Below the pieces are notes generated by a model. That model saw only the letters and a list, made by a program, of their open reading frames with translations. It was not told the DNA's origin and did not search any database. Shown one piece after another: positions 1 to 9,851 of a DNA stretch of 53,302 bases (positions are counted from its first letter, which is position 1; each line of letters opens with the position of its first letter). Source of the DNA: an uncultured Dictyoglomota bacterium (GTDB taxonomy: Bacteria > Dictyoglomota > Dictyoglomia > Dictyoglomales > Dictyoglomaceae). Location: NCBI GenBank assembly GCA_964654465.1, contig CAZZIO010000007.1, forward strand, positions 1 to 53,302, in the 5' to 3' direction. A program made the translations under genes and the position numbers.

Positions 1-2
1 TT

Positions 3-86
3 TGGTGCGAGGGGTGGGATTTGAACCCACACGGGAAATCCCACTAGATCCTAAGTCTAGCGCGTCTGCCATTCCGCCACCCTCGC
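3..86 (-). tRNA. tRNA-Leu(TAG)
   Basis: Reverse complement folds as a cloverleaf with a long variable arm; anticodon arm CTAGA-CTTAGGA-TCTAG; encoded CCA. Confidence 0.96.
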
Positions 87-91
87 ACAAC

Positions 92-167
92 TGGTGAGCC
101 GTGCAGGAGTCGAACCTGCAACCCCCTGATTAAGAGTCAGGTGCTCTGCCAGTTGAGCTAACGGCCC
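92..167 (-). tRNA. tRNA-Lys(CTT)
   Basis: Anticodon loop CT-CTT-AA; T-loop TTCGACT; encoded CCA. Confidence 0.96.
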
Positions 168-172
168 GTGAA

Positions 173-249
173 TGGCGCGCCCGGAGGGAATCGAACCCCC
201 GACCCACGGATTAGAAGTCCGTTGCTCTGTCCTACTGAGCTACGGGCGC
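173..249 (-). tRNA. tRNA-Arg(TCT)
   Basis: Anticodon arm CGGA-CTTCTAA-TCCG; acceptor stem GCGCCCG/CGGGCGC; encoded CCA. Confidence 0.96.
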
Positions 250-262
250 TTTTTATATATTA

Positions 263-340
263 TGGGGTGAACGGCGGGACTTGAACCCGCGACCACTGGG
301 GCCACAACCCAGCGCTCTACCATCCTGAGCTACGTTCACC
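263..340 (-). tRNA. tRNA-His(GTG), with encoded G-1
   Basis: Anticodon arm CTGGG-TTGTGGC-CCCAG; 8-bp acceptor stem GGTGAACG/CGTTCACC typical of bacterial tRNA-His. Confidence 0.96.
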
Positions 341-369
341 ATCCTCCAAATTTTTTAACCTACTCTTAC

Positions 370-446
370 TGGCGCGCCCAGGAGGACTTGAACCCCCGAC
401 CCGCAGATTCGAAGTCTGCCGCTCTGTCCACCTGAGCTATGGGCGC
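370..446 (-). tRNA. tRNA-Arg(TCG)
   Basis: Anticodon arm GCAGA-CTTCGAA-TCTGC; encoded CCA. Confidence 0.95.
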
Positions 447-462
447 AAATGCCCATCAAAAG

Positions 463-537
463 TGGAGCGGGAGACGGGATTTGAACCCGCGGCCCTCAGC
501 TTGGAAGGCTGATGCTCTACCCCTGAGCTACTCCCGC
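463..537 (-). tRNA. tRNA-Gly(TCC)
   Basis: Anticodon arm TCAGC-CTTCCAA-GCTGA; U73 discriminator; encoded CCA. Confidence 0.96.
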
Positions 538-549
538 TCTTTTATTATA

Positions 550-627
550 TGGTCGGGGCAGCTGGACTTGAACCAGCGACCTCCTGGTCCCAAACCAGGC
601 GCGCTAAACCAACTGCGCCATGCCCCG
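550..627 (-). tRNA. tRNA-Pro(TGG)
   Basis: Anticodon arm CCTGG-TTTGGGA-CCAGG; C1-G72 pair and A73 typical of tRNA-Pro. Confidence 0.96.
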
Positions 628-639
628 ATTGCTAAATAA

Positions 640-668
640 ATATTATAAAAAATTGTCTCTAAAGTCAA
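640..668 (-). promoter_or_regulatory. Sigma70-type promoter of the 7-tRNA cluster
   Basis: TTGACT (668-663), 17 bp, TAATAT (645-640); an overlapping TATAAT lies at 647-642. Confidence 0.7.
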
Positions 669-690
669 GAGTTACCATGTAATTATATTA

Positions 691-1239
691 TCACTTAGTC
701 AATTCCAAACTAAAAATTTCTTTTTTGCTTATTATTTCTATAATTGAAACTTTATTTTCATCAAGAAAAGCTACAGATTTATATTCTGTCTTTGGTAAAG
801 CAGGACTTCCAGGATTAAGTATTATTCTTTTATTTCTTTCTTTAAGAACTGGGATATGGATATGTCCAAATATTAAAAGATCTACATCAAAAAGTTCTGC
901 AAGATTAAAAAAATCATCTTCATTTCTATTTTCTCCATGAGTAACAAAAATCTTCAAAGAATTCACATATAACAGAAGATAAGGAGAAGAAATAGGAAAT
1001 TTTATAACTAATTGATCCACATCAGCATCACAATTACCCTTTGAAATAAAGAAAGGTTTTGAGTTATTTATAAGTTCAGCAAGCTTGCTAGGATTATATC
1101 CTGCAGGTAGTGGATTTCTTGGACCATGATAAAGAACATCTCCAGCATGTATAACGAAATTTGCTTCGGACAAAAAATCATTTATATATTCCCAAAAACT
1201 TGTATCACCATGAGTATCACTCATAATAAGTACTTTCAA
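691..1239 (-). CDS. YfcE/MJ0936-family metallo-phosphodiesterase
   Basis: SDTHG, HAGDVLYHGPRNPLP, GNCD, THG, GHIH and NPGS motifs; start moved to TTG at 1239, behind a GGAGGTG RBS. Confidence 0.88.
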   Translation of the reverse strand: MKVLIMSDTHGDTSFWEYINDFLSEANFVIHAGDVLYHGPRNPLPAGYNPSKLAELINNSKPFFISKGNCDADVDQLVIKFPISSPYLLLYVNSLKIFVTHGENRNEDDFFNLAELFDVDLLIFGHIHIPVLKERNKRIILNPGSPALPKTEYKSVAFLDENKVSIIEIISKKEIFSLELTK

Positions 1240-1244
1240 ATTAA

Positions 1245-1970
1245 TCACCTCCCATATTGGAGCCTTTCCCAAAGCTGTTTAGGAAAACCCAAAAGTTTCA
1301 TATAATTTTGTATTTTTCCTACATCATATTCAACTCTCTTAAATTTTAAAATCTTTTTATCAACATCATATATAACAAAGCTTGCTTTCCAATTACCATC
1401 TCGAGGTTGACCTACACTACCAGGATTTATTAAATATTTACTATTTTTCTGTAACTTTAATTCTCCTCCTTCGCTAAAATTTACATAGTATATTTCTTTA
1501 TCCGAATATACAAAAACCCCAGCTAAATGAGAATGTCCAAAGAAACAAATATTCTCATCCATAATCTCAAAATTGGCCAATACTGAATAATAATTTATTA
1601 AATATTCATCAAGAGGTTCTCTGATGCTTCCATGAACTAAACAAAAATTATTATTTTCAATAATAAGAGGAAGCTTTTTCAATTTTTCAATATTCTCCCA
1701 ACTTAATCTTTCTTTAGTCCAATCTATTGCAAATTGAGCATAAGGATTAAAATCATCATAGGTTCTCAAATCAACTACTGCAGCATCATGATTACCTAAT
1801 ACAGAATAACCAAATTTATTCAGATATTCCATACACTCATTAGGATATGGGCCATAGCCTACTATGTCTCCCAAAAAATATATCTCATCTACTTCTTTCT
1901 CAAGTTCACTGTAGACCTTTTCTAATGCAGGCAAATTAGCATGAATATCTGAAATAATCCCAATTTTCAT
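1245..1970 (-). CDS. Calcineurin-like metallophosphoesterase
   Basis: SDIHAN, GDIVGYG, GNHD, VHGS, GHSH and NPGSVGQPRDG motifs. Confidence 0.9.
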   Translation of the reverse strand: MKIGIISDIHANLPALEKVYSELEKEVDEIYFLGDIVGYGPYPNECMEYLNKFGYSVLGNHDAAVVDLRTYDDFNPYAQFAIDWTKERLSWENIEKLKKLPLIIENNNFCLVHGSIREPLDEYLINYYSVLANFEIMDENICFFGHSHLAGVFVYSDKEIYYVNFSEGGELKLQKNSKYLINPGSVGQPRDGNWKASFVIYDVDKKILKFKRVEYDVGKIQNYMKLLGFPKQLWERLQYGR

Positions 1971-1972
1971 TT

Positions 1973-2479
1973 TTATTTAACCAATGAAAGATCTCTTTCT
2001 AAAGGAGAGGTTAAATCCATATGTCCCACTAAGGTCTCTACCACAGCACCACTTATTAAAATTTGAACCTTTTTAATTTCTGGAAATTCTGTAAGCGTAT
2101 CTACAATGCTATAAACAGTTAACATCTCTCCCAAACTACCACCAGGATGGTTCTTCCTTAATTCATCGGAAAAATCTATATAAGCTATATTGTTTTTGAC
2201 AGATATATTAAGGATTTTTGTCCCTTTTGGTATAGGTAGATGATATATATTATTGTCAGAATAAGAAATAAGATTATTGATTGCTTCTTTATATATTTTT
2301 TCCTTTATAAAATATTTTTCAAGTCTGGTTAACTTAATATTTATATCCTTGCTTTCTAAGGCCTGTTTTTGAGGATTGTAAATATATAACCTTATAGAAA
2401 TATCTTCTTTAGTAAGAAGAAAAGCCAAAGTCACTATTATTAGAGATATAAATAAAATAATTAATATTATTTTTCTCAC
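1973..2479 (-). CDS. GerMN-domain membrane-anchored protein
   Basis: N-terminal hydrophobic anchor; IPKGTKIL...AYIDFS...GGSLGE...YSIVDTLTEFPEIKKVQILI matches the GerMN pattern. Confidence 0.85.
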   Translation of the reverse strand: MRKIILIILFISLIIVTLAFLLTKEDISIRLYIYNPQKQALESKDINIKLTRLEKYFIKEKIYKEAINNLISYSDNNIYHLPIPKGTKILNISVKNNIAYIDFSDELRKNHPGGSLGEMLTVYSIVDTLTEFPEIKKVQILISGAVVETLVGHMDLTSPLERDLSLVK

Positions 2480-2485
2480 CTTAAC

Positions 2486-3892
2486 CTACCTTCTTACAGT
2501 ATTTCCTTTCTTTATAATCCCATCAATAAATTTCAGAAATTCCTCATTATTTCTTGTTTCTCTTAACATTCTCTTTAAACCCTCAATAGCTTCTCCCTCT
2601 TCTTGCCCTATCAAAGTTCTTCTCAAGAACCAGATTTTCTTTAACTGATCCTCAGGATATAAAAGTTCTTCTTTTCTTGTACCAGATCTTGAAATACTTA
2701 TAGCTGGGAATATTCTTCTATCTGCCAATTTTCTGTCTAAAACAAGCTCCATATTTCCAGTACCTTTAAATTCCTCAAAAATTACATCATCCATACGACT
2801 ACCAGTCTCAATAAGAGCTGTAGCAAGAATAGTCAAGCTTCCTCCACCCTCTATATTTCGGGCAGCCCCAAAAAATTCTTTAGCATGATGTAAAGCTGCA
2901 AGCTCAACTCCACCTGAAAGAGTTCTACCACTTGATGGTACTGCCCAGTTATATGCCCTGGCAAGCCTTGTTATACTATCTAAGAGAATAACCACATGTT
3001 CACCATATTCCACCAATCTTTTTGCTCTTTCAAGAACTAACTTAGCAACTTGTATATGCCTTTCTGGTGGTTCATCAAAAGTAGATCCAATTACTTCACC
3101 TTGAACAGATCTTCTAAAATCGGTTACCTCTTCAGGTCTCTCATCAATTAGTAGAATAAATAATTTAACTTCTTTATGATTAGCAGAAATTCCATTTGCT
3201 ATTTTCTTTAAAAGAGTTGTTTTACCAGCTTTTGGTGGAGAAACAATTAAACCTCTTTGTCCCTTTCCAATAGGAGCTAAAAGATCAATGAGTCTTGTGT
3301 CTACTTCTTCTGGGGTTGTTTCTAATTTTAGTCTTTCTGTAGGATGGTACGGAATAAGATCATCAAATTTGGGCCTTTGGCGAGAATGCATTAAGTCTCT
3401 TCCATTAACCGTATCTATCCTTAATATAGCATACCATCTCTCATTCTCTTTTGGTGGTCTTACCATTCCTCCAATTAAATCACCATACCTAAGTCCAAAT
3501 TTTTTAATTTGGGATGCAGATATATATACATCTTCATCACTTGGCTTAAAGTTTTTCCTTATAAAACCATATCCCTCTTCCTGAATCTCTAAATAACCCT
3601 CTCTAAAAACACATTCAAAACCATCAATAATAACCTTATCCTTTTGTTCTTGCTTTTCCTCGATCTTTATCTCCGTCTCTCCTTTACTTTCAATTAAAAC
3701 ATCTGGCTCTACTTTGGTTTTCATCTCTTCACCTTTTTCCTCAATTAAAATTTCTCCCCCCTCTTCTAATTTCCTACTTATTGCTTCTATCATTTCTTCT
3801 TTTGTCATACGATAGTACCCAGGGATTTTCAATTCTCTTGCTATTTCTGCTAATTCTGCTCTTGTTTTTATTGCTAAATCCTCATAAGGCAT
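2486..3892 (-). CDS. rho: Transcription termination factor Rho
   Basis: GYGFIR and [12 protein letters not shown]-binding domain; [19 protein letters not shown] Walker [22 protein letters not shown]. Confidence 0.98.
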   Translation of the reverse strand: MPYEDLAIKTRAELAEIARELKIPGYYRMTKEEMIEAISRKLEEGGEILIEEKGEEMKTKVEPDVLIESKGETEIKIEEKQEQKDKVIIDGFECVFREGYLEIQEEGYGFIRKNFKPSDEDVYISASQIKKFGLRYGDLIGGMVRPPKENERWYAILRIDTVNGRDLMHSRQRPKFDDLIPYHPTERLKLETTPEEVDTRLIDLLAPIGKGQRGLIVSPPKAGKTTLLKKIANGISANHKEVKLFILLIDERPEEVTDFRRSVQGEVIGSTFDEPPERHIQVAKLVLERAKRLVEYGEHVVILLDSITRLARAYNWAVPSSGRTLSGGVELAALHHAKEFFGAARNIEGGGSLTILATALIETGSRMDDVIFEEFKGTGNMELVLDRKLADRRIFPAISISRSGTRKEELLYPEDQLKKIWFLRRTLIGQEEGEAIEGLKRMLRETRNNEEFLKFIDGIIKKGNTVRR

Positions 3893-3985
3893 TCCTCAAA
3901 CCTCCTCTTGTAAGGAAATTTTTTTATGGATGTAAAAAAATACAAGTAATAAAATAGATAAGGTACATTCTTGAAAGTTCATGGT

Positions 3986-4014
3986 AGTATAGAACAAAAG
4001 TAAAAAATAGTCAA
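3986..4014 (-). promoter_or_regulatory. rho promoter
   Basis: TTGACT (4014-4009), 17 bp, TATACT (3991-3986), leaving a leader of about 87 nt. Confidence 0.7.
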
Positions 4015-4089
4015 CAAAGGAAACACAAAATTTTAAAAATTTATAATTTTTTATGATTCTATTATATAATATTTAAGGGGTAAATAAAA

Positions 4090-4779
4090 GTGGATATTTA
4101 TATTGGAACATCGGGATGGAATTATAGTTGGAATCCAAAAAGAAGCTTAGATTGGTACATTGAAAATACTCCTTTCAATGCTATAGAAGTTAATAGTACC
4201 TTTTATCATATTCCTAAAAAACAAACAACTAAAAAATGGTTGTCCTTTGCAGAGAAATTAAGATTTGTCATCAAAGTGAATCGTTCAATCACCCACCTAC
4301 ATAGATTTAACGATAAAGCAATGGAAGAATGGAATAAATTTTATGAAGTTTTCTTAGATTTAGATCCCTTTATTGATTTTTATCTTTTTCAAATTCCTCC
4401 AAGTATAAAAATAAACTATTTAGAAAAAATTATTAAATTTTATGATTTTACCAAATTAAAAGAGAGGTTCGCCTTTGAACCAAGAAATATAGAATGGTTT
4501 GATGACAAGATTATTAATATAATAAAAAACTATGGAATAACTATAGTGTCAGTAAGTGCTCCTAAATTACCAGATAAAATGATACTAAATTTATACTCTC
4601 AAGTATATATGAGGTTTCATGGAAAAGAAAAATGGTATTCATATTATTACAAAGACAGTGAAATTATAAAATACGCTGAAGAAGTCAAAAAATTAAATTC
4701 TAAAAAAATATATTTATTCTTTAATAATGATTATATGTTAGAAAATGGAATCACTATGTGGGAACTCTTAAAGTCTTAA
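4090..4779 (+). CDS. DUF72 (YecE-like) TIM-barrel protein
   Basis: IGTSGW, EVNSTFY, ITH, FEPR, YMRFHG and FFNN motifs. Confidence 0.9.
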   Translation: MDIYIGTSGWNYSWNPKRSLDWYIENTPFNAIEVNSTFYHIPKKQTTKKWLSFAEKLRFVIKVNRSITHLHRFNDKAMEEWNKFYEVFLDLDPFIDFYLFQIPPSIKINYLEKIIKFYDFTKLKERFAFEPRNIEWFDDKIINIIKNYGITIVSVSAPKLPDKMILNLYSQVYMRFHGKEKWYSYYYKDSEIIKYAEEVKKLNSKKIYLFFNNDYMLENGITMWELLKS

Positions 4780-5988
4780 AGAATCCAAAACCTTCTTGTA
4801 CTCTTTTGGAACCTTTGCTTTAATCTCTACAAAATTATCCTGATATTTTTCTTCTTCGATATAAATTCTACTTTTAATTTTTTGAAATGTACCCCATCTC
4901 TCATATGGTATTTTAAATTTATATGTTCTAACACCTTTTAGCAATTCTTTTACAATTGCACCTTTTAATTTCTTAATTCCTATTTTATGATAAGCTGAGA
5001 TAAAAACCGAAGGCCTATAAAATAACTCTTTTCTCAGATAAGCTAACTCAGCTTTAGTTAACAAATCAATTTTATTATATACCCTTATTATAGGTTTATC
5101 TTCAATTCCCATTTCTTCTAATAAAGATTCAACAGTTTCTATATGCATCTCAAAATTTTTGTTAGATACATCAATGACATGTAATATAACATCTACATAA
5201 TATATCTCTTCTAATGTTGCTCTAAAAGCTGTAAGCAACTCTTCGGGAAGATTTCTAATAAAGCCAACTGTATCTGAAATTAGAAATTCCCAACCATTCT
5301 CAAATTTCACCCTTCTTACCATTGGATCCAAAGTTGCAAAAAGTAGATCTTCTGCCTTAGCATTCTCTCCTGTAAGTACATTAAACAAAGTTGATTTTCC
5401 AGCATTTGTATAACCTACAAGAGCAATTTGCGGAATATCTAATCTTTTTTTCCTTTGTACTTCCCTTTCTTTCCTTAACTCTTCTAATTCATTCTTCAAG
5501 GTATGAACTCTTCTTCTAATTTTTCTTCTATCTATCTCTAACTTTGTTTCACCAGGTCCTCGAGTACCAATTCCTCCTCCTAATCTGGAAAGAGCTTCTC
5601 CTCTTCCCACAAGCCTTGGTAGAAGATATTGAAGTTGGGCAAGCTCAACTTGAATCTTACCTTCCTTCGTCATAGCGTGTTGCGCAAAAATATCTAAAAT
5701 AAGCATGGTTCTATCTACAATCTTAACTGGTATTTCTCTCTCTATATTTCTCAGTTGTACAGGAGTAAGTTCATTATTAAAAATTACCACATCAATTTGA
5801 TTTCTAAGAACCAGATCCTTCAGCTCATTTAATTTTCCAATTCTTAAAAATGAGGAAGGATCTGGTTCACCTCCAAAAACTAAAACATCCTTTACTAATA
5901 CCCCTGCAGTTTTTGCTAATAGTTTTAATTCTTCTAAATCATCTAAATTTTCTATTTTAGCAACAAGGATGGCTTTTTCGATTTCCAA
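4768..5988 (-). CDS. hflX: Ribosome-splitting GTPase HflX
   Basis: GIGTRGPGETKLE, GYTNAGKS, LFATLD, DTVGFI and NKID motifs. Confidence 0.97.
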   Translation of the reverse strand: MEIEKAILVAKIENLDDLEELKLLAKTAGVLVKDVLVFGGEPDPSSFLRIGKLNELKDLVLRNQIDVVIFNNELTPVQLRNIEREIPVKIVDRTMLILDIFAQHAMTKEGKIQVELAQLQYLLPRLVGRGEALSRLGGGIGTRGPGETKLEIDRRKIRRRVHTLKNELEELRKEREVQRKKRLDIPQIALVGYTNAGKSTLFNVLTGENAKAEDLLFATLDPMVRRVKFENGWEFLISDTVGFIRNLPEELLTAFRATLEEIYYVDVILHVIDVSNKNFEMHIETVESLLEEMGIEDKPIIRVYNKIDLLTKAELAYLRKELFYRPSVFISAYHKIGIKKLKGAIVKELLKGVRTYKFKIPYERWGTFQKIKSRIYIEEEKYQDNFVEIKAKVPKEYKKVLDSLRL

Positions 5989-7157
5989 TCCCCCTTACTG
6001 AAAAATTCCTTTATCCTTCTTAAAGCTTCTTTAAGTTTATTCTCCTCTACAGTAGTAGAAATCCTTATATAACCTTCTCCATAATCTCCATATCCAATTC
6101 CAGGTACTACTAATACTCCTATTTCTTCTAATAAAAAGGCAGCAAAATCAGTAGACGTAAAACCTTCGGGCACTGGTACCCACACATAAAAAGTTCCCTT
6201 AGGAGGAAGAATTTCAACTCCTAAATCTTTGAAAGCATCTAATACCATATCTCTTCTATTTTGATAAATCTTACTACTTTCCTTTGGAAAATCCCTAAGA
6301 TTATATAAAGCCTCTATCCCTGCATATTGAATAGCCTGAAAAACTCCTGAGTCCACATTGGTTTTAACAGTAGAAAGAATAGATATTAGATCACTATTTC
6401 CTACAGCATAACCAATACGCCAACCAGTCATATTAAAAGTCTTAGAAAACGAACCAAACTCTAAAGCTATATCTTTTGCTCCTTTAACTTCTAAAATACT
6501 TGGAGCAATAAACCCATCAAAGGTTATCTCTGAATAAGCATTATCGTATAAAATCACTATATCATTTTCTCTTGCAAATGATACAGCTTCTTCTAAGCCA
6601 TGCTTATCTATCACAGCCCCTGTTGGATTACTTGGATAGTTAAGAAACATTACTTTACTCTTTTTAGCTATATCCGATGGAATATCCTCCCATTTAGGAA
6701 GGAATTTATTTTCTTTCTTTAAAGGTATGGGATAAGGGATACCTTCTGCAAGAAGTGTTGCTATTTTATAAACTGGATATCCTGGATCAGGACATAAAAC
6801 TATATCTTCCTTATCCACAAGTCCCCAAATAATATGCACTAATCCTTCTTTTGAACCAATAAGAGTTAAAACTTCTTTTTTAGGATCTAGGTCTACATTA
6901 AACCTATACTTATACCAATCTGCTACTGCCTTTCTAAATTCTAACATTCCTTCATAAGATGGATACCTATGATTTGCAGGATTTAATGCTTCTTCACATA
7001 ATTTCTGAATTACTGGCATTGGAGTAGGTTGATCTGGATCTCCTATTCCTAAACTTATTATATCTATACCTCTTTTTATTGCCTCTTCTTTTAATTGATC
7101 AATTCTTGCAAAAAGATAAGGGGGTAAACTCTCTATTCTTTTAGCCTTTTTAATCAT
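5952..7157 (-). CDS. dapL: Class I PLP aminotransferase, probably LL-diaminopimelate aminotransferase
   Basis: [47 protein letters not shown] and KTNVDSG motifs; start set at ATG 7157 (track gives 7169). Confidence 0.75.
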   Translation of the reverse strand: MIKKAKRIESLPPYLFARIDQLKEEAIKRGIDIISLGIGDPDQPTPMPVIQKLCEEALNPANHRYPSYEGMLEFRKAVADWYKYRFNVDLDPKKEVLTLIGSKEGLVHIIWGLVDKEDIVLCPDPGYPVYKIATLLAEGIPYPIPLKKENKFLPKWEDIPSDIAKKSKVMFLNYPSNPTGAVIDKHGLEEAVSFARENDIVILYDNAYSEITFDGFIAPSILEVKGAKDIALEFGSFSKTFNMTGWRIGYAVGNSDLISILSTVKTNVDSGVFQAIQYAGIEALYNLRDFPKESSKIYQNRRDMVLDAFKDLGVEILPPKGTFYVWVPVPEGFTSTDFAAFLLEEIGVLVVPGIGYGDYGEGYIRISTTVEENKLKEALRRIKEFFSKGDWKSKKPSLLLK

Positions 7158-8127
7158 TAAAACTTTCACCTTCCCTTTCTTTGAATTTATATCCTAATAA
7201 TTCCCAATCTTTGATTATGGTATTATAAACTAATATTGCCAATTGGTGAAGATCATATAAAGAAACATCAAACCAATGAATATTTTTGTCCTTTTTAAAC
7301 CATGTATACTGTCTTTTTACAAATATTCTTGTTCTTTTCTTAATTAATTTTATACTTTCATCCAAACTTATCTTTCCTTTTATATACTGTAATATTTCTT
7401 TATAACCTATACCTTGCATTGAAACCTTATCTTCATCTATTCCATTTTCGTAAAGCCTTCTAACCTCATCAACTAAACCCATTTCTATCATCCTATCAAC
7501 CCTTTTATCAAGAATCTCATAATGTAATTCTTTTGGTAAAAAAAGTCCAACTTTTGAAACTAAATATTTATCTTCAATTTTAGTACCAGCTAACTCACTG
7601 ATAGGTTTTCCTACCTTATAGTAAACTTCTAATGCTCTAATAATCCTTTTATAATCATTAAAATGGATTTTAGATGCTGTTTTAGGATCAACTTTTTTCA
7701 ATTCTTCATATATCTTTCCAATACCTTCCTTCTCTATTCTTTTTTTCATTTCTTCTCTAAACTTATAATCGGGTGGAACATGGGGAATATGAAATTCACC
7801 AAATAAGACTTTATAGTAAAGGGGAGTACCACCTACAAGTAGAGGATATCTACCTCTTTCATATATTTCTGGTATAATTTTTTCTACCCTTTCTTTAAAC
7901 TCTGCCACTGTAAAGGGATAATCAGGAGAAACAATATCTATCATATGATGAGGTACTTTTTTCCTATCCTCTTCAGAAGGCTTTGCGGTACCAATGTCCA
8001 TATCTTTATAAACTTGCATAGAATCAACAGATATAATTTCTATTGGAAGAAGATTAGCAAGTTCAAGAGAAAGTGCCGTTTTACCTGTACCTGTTGGACC
8101 CAAAATGACTGCAATTGGTATCTTCAT
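7150..8127 (-). CDS. miaA: tRNA dimethylallyltransferase
   Basis: [31 protein letters not shown] and KRQYTWF motifs. Confidence 0.97.
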   Translation of the reverse strand: MKIPIAVILGPTGTGKTALSLELANLLPIEIISVDSMQVYKDMDIGTAKPSEEDRKKVPHHMIDIVSPDYPFTVAEFKERVEKIIPEIYERGRYPLLVGGTPLYYKVLFGEFHIPHVPPDYKFREEMKKRIEKEGIGKIYEELKKVDPKTASKIHFNDYKRIIRALEVYYKVGKPISELAGTKIEDKYLVSKVGLFLPKELHYEILDKRVDRMIEMGLVDEVRRLYENGIDEDKVSMQGIGYKEILQYIKGKISLDESIKLIKKRTRIFVKRQYTWFKKDKNIHWFDVSLYDLHQLAILVYNTIIKDWELLGYKFKEREGESFND

Positions 8128-9851
8128 TTTCTATGAAAGTATTTCTCTAACTCTTCTTTTTTTATTTCCCATATATAAGGTCTTCCATGAGGACATGTAA
8201 TAGGGATTTGATTATCAAAAACCATTTGTATAAGAGCTTCCATCTCCTCCTTTATTAAAATATCCCCACTTCTTATAGCTCCATGACAAGCCATACTTTT
8301 TACAATTTTATCTTCTAAAACTTCTAAATCTTTTTCATTTATCTCAGAAATTATTTCTTTAAAAAGACTTTCAATGGATACAGGCTCAAAATTCAAAAAC
8401 TCATATGGTACCTTTATAAGCCTTATCCTATTAGGGCCAAAATCTTCCCATGAAAAAGCAAATTTTTCTAAAATTTCTCTTTTTTCTTCTAACTGCTTTT
8501 TTTCTTCTAAGGAAACATCAATTATAATAGGTAAAATAATCTCTACATTTTGAAGAAGACCTAAATTTAATTCTTCTTTTAACCTTTCATATCTAATCCT
8601 TTCATGGGCAGCATGTTGATCTATGATAAATACCTTATCTCCAGTTTCTACTATTACATAATTATTAAATATCTGTCCAACTATTCTAAAACTAAAACTT
8701 TTTTTGGTTTTGGGTAAATATTTCTCGGTCTTTTCAGAAATATAAGTCTTCTCAATTGATGTTAAGGGTAATTGAATATTTTCTTGGATAATTTTTTTAT
8801 CAGTTTCATAATTTTCCCCATTAACTTTTATGTTCTGATCTAAGTCCACTCTTCTAAATGTCTTTTCATAATTCTCTAAAGCCTTTCTTATAGAATTTTC
8901 TATAAAACTAAAAATCTCTTTTTCCTTTTCAAATTTTACTTCCCTTTTTGTGGGATGTACGTTTACATCTACTTCATCATAAGGTACCTTTAAAAATAAA
9001 ATTGCAAAAGGATAATAACCCTCCAATATTCTGCCTTTATATCCTTCCTTTAGTGCTTGAAAAATACTAAGATTCCTTACCCATCTTTTGTTAACATAAA
9101 AGAAATCTTGAGGCTTTATGGAAACTAACTTCCCAGGTTTACTTAGTAATCCCCAAATAGAATAATCACCATGTGTATTCTCAAATTCTATAAAATCATC
9201 CAAATTTATATTTTTAAACACTTCAATTATTACATCCTCTATTTTTCCACTCCCTAAAGTGGTAAATTTAGTCTTTCCATCATCAATATACTGAAAAGAT
9301 ATATCAGGATAAGCCAATGCAATCTTTTTTACAAAATCTACTATAAGATTACTTTCTGTGATCTTAGTCTTTAAAAATTTCTTTCTTGCTGGCACATTAT
9401 AAAAAAGATCTTTAACCCTAATACTTGTTCCCACACTTCCTTCCCATGGTAATACATCCAACATATTTCCACCTTCTACTCTTATAAAAACCCCCTTATC
9501 TTTTTCAGTCTTTGTTCTTATTTCCATTCTTGAAACACTGGCTATACTTGCTAATGCCTCCCCCCTAAAACCTAATGTTTTTATCTTAAATAGATCATCA
9601 ATTTTTTTTATTTTTGAAGTAGCAAACCTATTAAGTGCAAGAATAGCATCATCCTTAGACATACCTTCTCCATTATCGGTAACTGAAATTAAATTTTCTC
9701 CTGCATTAATAATTTCAATTATTATTCTCTTTGCTCCTGCATCTATTGAATTTTCCACCAGTTCCTTAACTACAGAAACTGGCCTTTCTACAACTTCTCC
9801 TGCTGCTATTTTATTTCTAATCTCTTCCGGAAGTATTATTACTTTTCCCAT
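8124..9851 (-). CDS. mutL: DNA mismatch repair endonuclease MutL
   Basis: [25 protein letters not shown]; endonuclease motifs [15 protein letters not shown] and CPHGRP; start set at ATG 9851. Confidence 0.97.
   Translation of the reverse strand: MGKVIILPEEIRNKIAAGEVVERPVSVVKELVENSIDAGAKRIIIEIINAGENLISVTDNGEGMSKDDAILALNRFATSKIKKIDDLFKIKTLGFRGEALASIASVSRMEIRTKTEKDKGVFIRVEGGNMLDVLPWEGSVGTSIRVKDLFYNVPARKKFLKTKITESNLIVDFVKKIALAYPDISFQYIDDGKTKFTTLGSGKIEDVIIEVFKNINLDDFIEFENTHGDYSIWGLLSKPGKLVSIKPQDFFYVNKRWVRNLSIFQALKEGYKGRILEGYYPFAILFLKVPYDEVDVNVHPTKREVKFEKEKEIFSFIENSIRKALENYEKTFRRVDLDQNIKVNGENYETDKKIIQENIQLPLTSIEKTYISEKTEKYLPKTKKSFSFRIVGQIFNNYVIVETGDKVFIIDQHAAHERIRYERLKEELNLGLLQNVEIILPIIIDVSLEEKKQLEEKREILEKFAFSWEDFGPNRIRLIKVPYEFLNFEPVSIESLFKEIISEINEKDLEVLEDKIVKSMACHGAIRSGDILIKEEMEALIQMVFDNQIPITCPHGRPYIWEIKKEELEKYFHRK

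Noticed and set aside
1-630. Recurring GGA(C/T)TTGAACC motif that could look like a CRISPR or repeat array
   Set aside because: It is the reverse complement of the conserved tRNA T-arm; the units are tRNA genes.
439-639. 66-aa plus-strand ORF
   Set aside because: It is the antisense read of tRNA-Gly and tRNA-Pro; 'WSGRRDLNPRP' is a classic tRNA shadow translation.
1973-2479. Sporulation inference from the GerMN domain
   Set aside because: GerMN domains are common in non-sporulating bacteria, and no spoIIIA genes lie between efp and accB where sporulators usually carry them.
4030-4075. Per-box-like TTATAAT half-site upstream of DUF72
   Set aside because: The second half-site is poor, which is expected by chance in very AT-rich DNA.
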